A DNA stretch of 64,000 nt, taken from Octopus sinensis. Taxonomy: Eukaryota. The notes under the pieces are model-generated. The model was given only the letters and a program-made list of their open reading frames with translations, made no database searches and was not told where the DNA came from. The translations under genes and the position numbers were made by a program. This document shows positions 54,701 to 64,000 of this stretch, piece by piece; positions within the stretch are counted from its first letter, which is position 1, and each line of letters opens with the position of its first letter. The stretch covers positions 26,784,001 to 26,848,000 of the forward strand of contig NC_043021.1 in assembly GCF_006345805.1 (NCBI RefSeq), written 5' to 3'.

Positions 54701-55653
54701 TACAACATTCATGCAACATTCACATTCATGCAATCACACTCAACATGTTTACACAACTTTGTTATTACACACAGGAATCATACACATATATGCATTCACA
54801 TGCACACACAGATACTTGTATGTATATACAAGCAAACACACAAAACCTCATACACACACACAAACATACACATGCACATACTTATGACTACATATTATAT
54901 ACAAAAGCACCCATCCATGTTACGCACAAACTCACCCAAAATAGTACACAGACACACACACACACACACACAACCATGCACACACACACATGTACATAAG
55001 CACATACATGCACATGTATGTACATACACACACACACACAAACACACAGCACCTCTACAAACCAACAAAGAAGCTCTATACATAACCGCAACCTGCTAGA
55101 AATAGTAGCCAAACCTCCCTTATATCACACGTTGCCATCTTTAATGTACTCTAAGGTACTCTTATAAGTATATGGGATGGTGATGGCCAGAATACTTTTG
55201 ACTCTAGCTCTGCTTGATCATAACTGACCAGTGGCTGAATTAATCCATTGCTTGGGTTACAGCCACCAGATGTTTCTTGTCATTAGCAGAAAAGATTTTG
55301 TTTGTAAGAATTTGGCTGGCTAGGGGGCCAAGTCTGTGGCCTAAATATACAGTGCTTTTTGAGCTCAGTGATCCTTAGGTCTCTGAAAAGGGTCAAGAGT
55401 GAAGGGCATTGACCTTCATCCTCTGACTAAGAAGGAAAAACTTAAACAAAAAAAAAAAAATTGAAGTTGTAAGTGCATAAGTTTGTGGTGGCATCTTGGG
55501 CAGGTGTCTTCTGCTATGGCCCTGGGCAAATCTATGATTTGTGAGTGACATTGGTAAATGGAAACTGCTTAGTGGAAGCCAGTTGTGTGTGAGTGTGTGT
55601 CTGTGTCCATGTGTGTGTGTGCATGTGTATGCATATATGTGTATGTGTGTATA

Positions 55654-56382
55654 TCTTTATATATATAAAACTGAGAATGTGTGTCTGTCTGTCTGTCTGT
55701 GTGTTTCCCTAAAACTTGAGAACTACACAACCAATTTCATTCAAATTTTACACATGCCTTACTTAGGGTCCATGTAGTATCATGGGAAAAAAATGTTCAA
55801 CTTCTTGCCTAGAGCGAGCCCATAGCAATATCATATCTTCTCCACTATTTCAGTATTACGTGTTAAAAGTGATACAAAAATATTTCTCTATTTTATGTCA
55901 GATGCTTTCACTTTAACAATAAAAATAATAATAACAATTGAATTATATGTAGTAAGTAATAATTAAAATCAAACTAAAGTATAATATAATCGTAACATAA
56001 CAAAAACTAAAAATAGCAATTGGTATAAAATTGCATCAATGATTTTAACTTGAGTAAGTGGTTTCACATGAATGGGAATAAATTAAAAATAAAATTAGCG
56101 TGCAGAAATGGAATAGTCCAGATGGATAATAAAAAATTAAATTAAAGAAAAGACTATTGTCTATAAAGTATACAATGTAGAGAAAAAAGAAGAGCTAACA
56201 ATTCCAGTCTGTTATATATTTTGAGTATTGTTATCACTAGCGATATCAAGATATAACTTAGTATTTTGCATTTTATGTGTAGATGTATATATATAGATGT
56301 ACATGTAATATGTACACATATAAATACACATATATACATACACTAGCACTATGACCCGGCAACGACGGGTCTTTAATGCTAG
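55654..56382 (+). mobile_element. Complete non-autonomous Helitron (729 bp)
   Basis: A|TC 5' end, (CTGT)n near the 5' end, 3' hairpin GACCCG-gcaacga-CGGGTC (56353-56371), CTAG|T terminus, no TSD. Confidence 0.92.
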
Positions 56383-56482
56383 TATATATATATTTCCCTA
56401 TATACTCCTTATTTGCTTCCTTTTCCAAAATAACTCCTCATATTGAACTCTACTATTTCCCTCTATTTAACCATCTCACATC

Positions 56483-56531
56483 ATCTCTGATGAAAGGATA
56501 TCCCTAATATGCCAGAAACAGCCGTAAGACA
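56483..56531 (+). ncRNA. Hammerhead-like motif (Penelope-type), partly decayed
   Basis: atct-CTGATGA-aaggatat..atgcca-GAAAC-agcc-GT-A-agac; stem II imperfect. Confidence 0.45.
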
Positions 56532-57180
56532 ATCTCTTTATAAATGTCTTGAAAATTCCACACAGCCTTGGCTTTGTTATCTCATTTTATTCAACACATA
56601 CACACACACACACCACACACACACACAAGCATTCATGCACTCGTCTCCTGTTTCTTCAGACAGCAGGTCATCGGTCTGCTACAAGTAGCAGTCAAAATCC
56701 TCCCTTTGGGATGACCTATGATGACATATTGAAGGGTGGGCAGGCTGAAAGAGTGTGAGCAGAGAGAAAGAATGTGGATGTAGGGGAGACAAGTGGTGGC
56801 ACAAGCGTGACTGCAAAGTTCTATATCTTCAAATTAATTTCTCTCCTCTCAATTTTTCCCTGAAGAAAGACTCTGTCCAAAACGTTGGATTTTTCATTGC
56901 CCATAGCAAGCTAATGATACAGACTTTGTTGATTTTACTAAATAATACAACTTTGCTGACACAGCCTAATTGGAAACCTTTCGGAGTTTGTTTGAGCTTC
57001 TATATGGTGATGATGATGATGATGATGAAGAAGAAGAAGAAGAAAAGATGCAATGATTTTCTATTGTTTGTTGCACTTAATACACTGAAACCTTGAAGAG
57101 CAAAGACATACATATCTACATACATACACACATAAATACATACATATGTACATAATATACATACACTCATATATATATAT

Positions 57181-57775
57181 GAATTTGGCGAAACTGCAGT
57201 ATAAGAAAAGTTAAGTTTGTAAAAGTTTTTAATTTTCATCTCACTAAATTTATCCAGCTATTGTGTATCTAGTGCACTCTTCGCCTTGAATGTAATGATA
57301 TATGTATAATATATGGCGTGTACTGGTACACCGGCGATTATAATTAATTTTATTGTATCGCATTTATCTTTGTTTACATATTCTCTCGATAAATTTCTGA
57401 CCGTTAGACGATATACCACAATCCCCTATTTTGTCGGGTTTGTTCTGAGTCTGCGCAGTGTTTTTAATAGTTTAGAAAGAGCATTTCGATAGACGCACAT
57501 GGGTCTATTGATATGGTCTTCCCATCATTAACAGGAATCTTACTGAAGAGCCAGCCTGAGTAAATAAATACTATTTTAATTACTGAATTTGGCGAAACTG
57601 CAGTATAAGAAAAGTTAAGTTTGTAAAAGTTTTTAATTTTCATCTCACTAAATTTATCCAGCTATTGTGTATCTAGTGCACTCTTCGCCTTGAATGTAAT
57701 GATATATGTATAATATATGGCGTGTACTGGTACACCGGCGATTATAATTAATTTTATTGTATCGCATTTATCTTT

Positions 57776-57780
<5 letters not shown>
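57181..57780 (+). mobile_element. Retrozyme- or Penelope-like partial tandem (period 405 bp) containing a hammerhead
   Basis: 57181-57375 is repeated exactly at 57586-57780; flanked by (TA)n. Confidence 0.8.
57538..57610 (+). ncRNA. Intact minimal type I hammerhead ribozyme
   Basis: TCTTA-CTGAAGA-GCCA..TGGC-GAAA-C-TGCA-GT-A-TAAGA: perfect stem I, complete core, palindromic stem III; predicted cleavage after 57605. Confidence 0.8.
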
Positions 57781-57817
<37 letters not shown>

Positions 57818-57820
<3 letters not shown>

Positions 57821-58093
57821 TATGTATGCATATACATAAATACATACATATATAAACATATATAAATATGTAATTACATACACACTTAAATTTATGCATA
57901 CATACATATGTGTGTGAGCATCTATATGTGTGTGTGTGTGTGTGTCTAAATATATTTATACACACATATCTGCCGGTATACATAAGTATAGATACATATA
58001 TATATATATACCCATGCTAGCATGGAAAACGGACGCTAAACGATGATGATGATGATGATGATGTATGTATCTGTACTTATGTATGCCATATAT

Positions 58094-58137
<44 letters not shown>

Positions 58138-58410
58138 TATGTATGCATATACATAAATACATACATATATAAACATATATAAATATGTAATTACATACAC
58201 ACTTAAATTTATGCATACATACATATGTGTGTGAGCATCTATATGTGTGTGTGTGTGTGTGTCTAAATATATTTATACACACATATCTGCCGGTATACAT
58301 AAGTATAGATACATATATATATATATACCCATGCTAGCATGGAAAACGGACGCTAAACGATGATGATGATGATGATGTATGTATCTGTACTTATGTATGC
58401 CATATATATA
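57818..58410. repeat. Tandem duplication, period ~317 bp, of microsatellite DNA plus an RTE 3' tip
   Basis: Units start at 57818 and 58135; each contains cccatgctagcatggaaaacggacgctaaacgatgatg. Confidence 0.88.
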
Positions 58411-58483
58411 TATATATATATACATACACACACACATAGACACATACTCAGGCATATATGTGTGATTAGGTTAACAACAGCGA

Positions 58484-58806
58484 TAAAGACTCCGCCGGTT
58501 ATGACGACGAGGGTCCCAGCTGATACGATCAACGGAACAGCTTGCTCATGAAATTAACGTGCAAATGGCTGAGCATTCCACAGACACGTGTACCCTTAAC
58601 GTATTTCTCGGGGATAATCAGCGTGATGCAGAGAGTGACAAGGCTGACCCTTTGAAATACAAGTACAACTCATTTTTGCCAGCTGAGTGGACTGGAGCAA
58701 CGTGAAATAAAGTGTCTTGCTCAAGGACACAACGCGTCGCCGGGAATCGAACTCACAACCTTACGATCATGAGCCGAATGCCCTAACCACTAAGCCACGC
58801 GCCCTC
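58484..58806 (-). mobile_element. tRNA-SINE family B, full-length young copy
   Basis: Near-identical reverse complement of 5876-6195. Confidence 0.9.
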
Positions 58807-58875
58807 ACTACAACAGCGATATAACATCTATATAAACAAAATATTTTTCCTCCCAAATGATAAAGTTAACATTGC

Positions 58876-58916
<41 letters not shown>

Positions 58917-59347
58917 TCATTATCATCATCTTCATTTCAAGATGAAAAAAGGGGAAAAATATTAACTGAAATATTATATAAATAATAAAATAAAAAAAAC
59001 AAAAAAAAGCAAAAGACAAAAAGAAAATTGCTAAATCTAATATAATTTTTTTTAACAATTTATTTTCTTTATTTGGATTATATTTATCTAAATATCAGTT
59101 GTCTAGAAACTTTTAAACTGAAAATATTTTGGTGAGAAATTTTCGTTTTATCTATATTTGGGTGTCTTATTTATTCTTTCAGATTATTTATTTGTTGGTT
59201 TATCTACTTTTAAATGTGTGTGTGTGTGTGTGTGTGTTCGGGGTGGGTACTCATATTTGTGTTTGTGTGCTTGTTTCTATGTTTCTATATTTTACATGCT
59301 TTTGAAGGGGTTAAGTATGAGTATTTAGGTATGTGTGTGTGTGTGTG

Positions 59348-59380
<33 letters not shown>

Positions 59381-59889
59381 ATGCATGTATGTATGTATAT
59401 GTATATCAATATGGCTATGCATGCTTGTTGTGGATAATATTATTTCTATGAATATGTTTATATATTTTGGACATTTTGGATGAATTTAAGTCTGAGTTTG
59501 TATGTGTATGTATATTTATATATGTGTGTGTGATTGTGTGTGTGTGTGTGTGTGAAAACAGGCATGAACACGTGTAGGTTTCAGTTTTGGAGTTTCACTT
59601 TCTAATAGCAATCACTACAACCACCACCACACCACAACAACAACAACACTAGAACCACTACCAACACCAAAATCAATAAGTGATCATCAATGTTATTTGC
59701 TGATATCTTTCTTTCATTTCTACCTTTCTGTTTATCCTTCCTTCTTTCCTTCCTTCCTCTGATCCCCTTCCTCCCCTCTCTCTCACCTTCTCTCCCACCT
59801 CTGTTCCTATCATCCATCCATCCAGCCAGCCAGCTTTCTTGATATCACAAAATGTTTTGCAACAACACTGATGATGTCTTTCATTGAAA

Positions 59890-60335
59890 ATAATTCTCTC
59901 ATCCCAAAAAGTCTGCTTCACCTCACTTCACCACATTCCATCACATCTCACTCTACTCTGCCTCACTCAATTCCACTACACTCCATTCTATGCCACACAC
60001 ACACACTCCATTCTACCTCAGCCAACTTCATGCCACCTCACACATTACACAGTACCACTCCTATCCACCTACTCCACTCCACTCTGCCATACTCAAACTC
60101 CACCCACTCTACCTCAATAAAGTCTACACCACTCCACCAGACTTACCTCCTCTCCACCTCAATAAGTTCTACTCAATTACACCCCCTCCACTCACCCACT
60201 TCAATAAACTCCACTCTACTCCACCTCACTCCAACTCAAGCTCTACTCCACTCCACTGCAATAAACTCTACTCCACCACATTCCACTGTACTCTCCTCCT
60301 CTCACTCCATCTCTAAAACCTCCACTCCACTCCAT
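59890..60335. repeat. Degenerate (CTCCA/CACTC)-rich low-complexity tract
   Basis: Direct inspection. Confidence 0.75.
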
Positions 60336-60780
60336 GTCAAATAGATTGTTATGTTATATCCTTTTTAAACAAATGAAATCAGAAGCTAACCCACAATCAT
60401 CATAATCACTTGACGTCCACTTTTCCATGCTAGCATGGATCAGAAGAACTTTGTTGAGGTAGATTTTCTATGACCAGAAGCTCTTCTGTTTCCTTGGAAG
60501 GAATTAGTGTGTTGAGTCAACAGTTTTGCAATATTCTTTTGGTAACTTACTAAGGTGGAAAACTTGCAGAATCATTAGTCTGTCAGGCAAAATGCTATCT
60601 GTCCCTACATTCTGAGCTCAAATGCTGCCTTTAATCCTTTCAGAGTTGATAAATAAAGTACCAGTTGAACACTGAGGTCAATGTAATCGATGTAACTCCT
60701 ACCCTGAAATTGCTGGCCTTGTGCCAAAATTTGAAACCAATATTTTGGTAACTTATTTGTCAAGTTATAAAAAAAACAAC

Positions 60781-61258
60781 CACCCAAGCATTCAAAGTAG
60801 AGGCCACCACGTTGCACAGTTTGAAGTCACCTCTCTGCCAGGTCTTTGATCTCATGCTGATACCAGTTCTTATTCTTCAAGGAGCAGAAATTCTCCATTG
60901 AAGCTGTCATCTCCTCTTGGTTTGTTGGTTCCACCTCCTCTTGGTCTGTGAGCACAGGATGTGAGCCGTGGCGTCAATGGTTTGACCATCCAGAATGAAC
61001 TTGTAATGAATGACCCCCTCATCACCTTGTGTTTGAAATGCCCATGTTTGGCATCAAGTTCCTGAAGTTGTCCCTTGCTTAACTACTGCTTATGCACATC
61101 AAGGCTACTTGTCCTGATCTATGGTTCACATCCTGTGCTTGCAATGCTTCATCATCCAAAAGGAGGCAGATGCTTCAGTAAAGGAGTTCTTTGCTTCAAA
61201 GGACAAGGACTGGTATCAACATAGGATCAATGAACTGGCAAAAAGGTGGCCCAGGTCC
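60781..61258. mobile_element. Two mariner C-terminal fragments in inverted (divergent) orientation
   Basis: Minus: GVIHYKFILDGQTIDA..NKNWYQHEIKDLAER*LQTVQRGGLYFE; plus: SMVHIL..SVKEFFASKDKDWYQHRINELAKRW. Confidence 0.75.
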
Positions 61259-61766
61259 ACATTAACCAGTTTCTAAGCCCTATTCTTTCAGGTTCAGTTC
61301 CACTATGAGACACCTTGGTTGAGTTCTACTATATCCCCAGTCTTCAGAGTGATTTTGGAAACTAAAAGAATCCCATCATATGAGTGTATGTTTTATTGTT
61401 TCCTTCCCTTGGCATTGACTGATAGGTGTAAACAAGTGTCACCATTATGAAAGCAATGCATTTTGTTGTTTACCGATTTCTGCGGAAGCATGTCCGATTA
61501 TGAGGAAATATTTTCTTATGTGGAAAAAGGTAAGGATTGGCAATGAGAAGGTCATTTAGTCACAGAAAAATCAGCCTTGACATATTTCATCTGACTCATG
61601 CAAGCATGGAAAAATAGACATTAAAATGATGATGTTGATTGATGTAAGGTATGATTCCAGCCATGACCATCCCATCTTTCTATCTATCTGACACTCTATT
61701 TGCTTGTTGCTGTTTAGCCCTGGGAGTAGACAACAGCAATCAAAGCAATCAAAAATCAAAGAAGTG

Positions 61767-62022
61767 TCTACATGGTCATTCGACCTCCTAGAAATAGCAG
61801 CCAAATCTCCTTCAGACCACACCCCTTGTTACTGTTTGCTTCATGCTCTTGCTTGATGAGGCTAGGGTCATTCCAGATTAGTGGACCCAGAGACATCATC
61901 ATGTGTAGAGCCGACAAGGTCTATGCATGATCAAACTTCTCTGTGATAGAAAAGAACACAGTAAAGATGTGGTTCAAGGAGGATTTAGCTGCTATTTTTA
62001 GCAGGTCTTATGATCATGTAGA
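61767..62022. repeat. MITE-like segment with ~54-bp imperfect TIRs
   Basis: tctacatggtcattcgacctcctagaaatagcagccaaatctcctt vs aaggaggatttagctgctatttttagcaggtcttatgatcatgtaga. Confidence 0.6.
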
Positions 62023-63139
62023 AGCTACCCATTTGGTAGTGGTGGTTGTTGTCTTTGTTGCATTGCTTGAACTGTTGGCAGCATTTGGTGAGATGGTGAC
62101 AGTTGTTGTTGTTGGTAGTGGTGTTAATGGAAGTGGTAATGTTGGCAGTGGTGGTGGTCACAGTTGGCAGTGGTGCCAAAGTTTCAGTCATACCTCTTCG
62201 CCTTTGTCAGTTAAGTTCAAGTAACAATGATGATCCACAGAGACAGCAGTTACAGTGGGGTGGTGTAGGTGGTTGTGGTGATGGCTATAAGCAGCGGCAG
62301 AGGTGGGAGTGGTAGTGATGGTAGCATTGGTAATGGTGGTGCTGGCGGCTGTGGTGACAACAGCAATGGTGGTGATAGCAGTGGTGGTGGCGGTGGTAGT
62401 GGTGGCGGTAGAGGTGGTGGTAGTGATGGTGGTGGTAGCAGTTGTGGTGGCAATGGTGACAGTGGCAGGAGTGGTGGTGGAAGTGATGGTAGTGACAGTG
62501 CCAATGGTAGTGGTGGTGATGGGGTCAGGAGCAGTGGTATAGGTACTCCTAGCAACAGTGCTGATGGTAGTGGTGATGAAATGCTGGTGGTGGTGGCCTC
62601 AGTTTCAGCCATGCCTCCTTTCCTTTTGTCAATTAACTTAACAATGATGATCTTAGAAAAGGAATAGGAAGAAACCTTTGCTTTGTGTACAGCACCGAAC
62701 CAATCCCTGATCCCTTTTTAGCAAAGGCAGCAGTTAAAACATTTCCTTTTATCAAGACCTTAAAAGGTTCCATGCAAAAGAACGCAACCCATATTAAAAC
62801 ATTGTGTCATTACTTCCTTTTAAGTCCCCACATTCATTTACCACAACTACTACCACCACTGTTACTGTTGCCACTGCCACCACTGCTGTCAATACCACTA
62901 CCAGAACCATCACCTTATCACTGCCACCACTACCACCACCTCTATCAGCACTACCAACTGCCACTATCCCCCATCACCACTGTAGCTGCCGCCACCACCA
63001 TCGCCACCACATCACCACCATGAGTGACACTGCCAACACCACACTGCAATGACTGACACCACCACCACTACCACCACTACCACTACTGGTGCCGCCATCA
63101 CCACAACAACCCTGCTGCTGCCGCCATGATCCCTTGCCA

Positions 63140-63395
63140 CCATCCTTACCCACTGCTTAACATTTTGAGTTCAAATACTGCTGAGATCAACTTTGGAAGC
63201 TGGCAGAGATGTTGGTGTAGGGACAAAATGCGGAGCAGCATTTACATTCTGAGTTCTAATTCCACTAATGTCAACTTTACTTTCCTTTCAGGGTTGAAAA
63301 AATAAAGTGCCAATTGACTAATTGAGTACTGGGATGATGTTGTCAACTAGCTCCCTCCTCCCAAATTTCAGGCCTTGTGCCTAGAGTAAAAAGGA

Positions 63396-63426
<31 letters not shown>

Positions 63427-64000
63427 AGGTGGTGAACCGGCAGAATTGTTAGCATGCCAAGCAAAATGCTTCACAGTATTTCGTCTGTCTCCAATGTTCT
63501 GAGTTCAAATTCCAGCAAGGTTGATAAAATTAAATACCAGTTGAGTACTGGGATCAATGTGATCAACTGTCCCCCTCCCCACATAATCCAGGCCTTGTGC
63601 CTATAGCAGAAAGAATTATTATTATTATTATTATTATAGGTGGTGAGCTAGCAGAATGCCGGTGGGCATGCCAGGTAAAATGCTTAGCGGTATTTCATCA
63701 ATCTTTACATTCTGAGTTCAAACTCCACTGAGGTCGACTTTGCCTTTCATCCTTTCGGGGTCGATAAATTATGTACTAGTTGCATACTGGGGTTGATGTG
63801 TTCGACTGTCCCCCTCCCCACATAATCCAGGCTTTGTGCCTATAGCAGAAAGAATTATTATTATTATTATAGGTGGCGAGCTGGCAGAAATGTTAGCACA
63901 CCAGGCAAAATGCTTCATCTGTCTTTATGCTCTGGGTTCAAATTCCACCGTTGTTGACTTTGCCTTTCATTCTTTCAGGGACGATAAAATAAGTACCAGT
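63140..64000 (+). mobile_element. Head-to-tail chain of SINE-C copies separated by (ATT)n
   Basis: Units ending ggccttgtgcct..gaaag(a/g)attattatt followed by ataggtgg(t/c)gagct; four or more units. Confidence 0.85.

Noticed and set aside
56650-56760. GC-richer unique segment with plausible splice sites on both strands
   Set aside because: Peptides unrecognisable and evidence equivocal between strands.
62250-62667. Gly/Ser-rich (+) and Pro/Leu-rich (-) ORFs resembling structural proteins
   Set aside because: Degenerate (GGT/GGC/AGT)n DNA open in several frames, with no splice signals or unique sequence.

Overview
AT-rich, microsatellite-saturated animal genomic DNA with a 100-N scaffold gap at 8675-8774. 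The SINE families and repeat content suggest an octopus or other coleoid cephalopod (inference, not verified). Most ORFs in the supplied track are artefacts of simple repeats. The only well-supported host gene is on the minus strand: two adjacent spliced exons (46689-46980 and 45491-45815) encode the HELGHTFDLAH zinc-binding region of a YIL108W-like / Pfam Metallopep-type metallopeptidase; its other exons are only candidates (best: terminal exon 2107-2228). The rest is intron-like DNA packed with transposon relics: R4/Dong, RTE and CR1 LINE fragments, Tc1 and mariner fossils, hAT MITEs with 8-bp TSDs, two related non-autonomous Helitrons and at least three tRNA-SINE families. Most notable: (i) a 5S-rRNA head fused to a CR1-type 3' tail (SINE3-like chimera); (ii) a ~625-bp-arm palindrome with a hammerhead ribozyme in each arm; (iii) a retrozyme-like 405-bp tandem unit with an intact type I hammerhead, plus several other hammerhead-like motifs; (iv) a Helitron carrying a degenerate captured ORF; (v) a 3' stem-loop shared, with compensatory changes, by the CR1 LINE, a tRNA-SINE and the 5S chimera; (vi) several unrelated fold-back palindromes. 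Coordinates were read by eye; boundaries of degenerate repeats are approximate.
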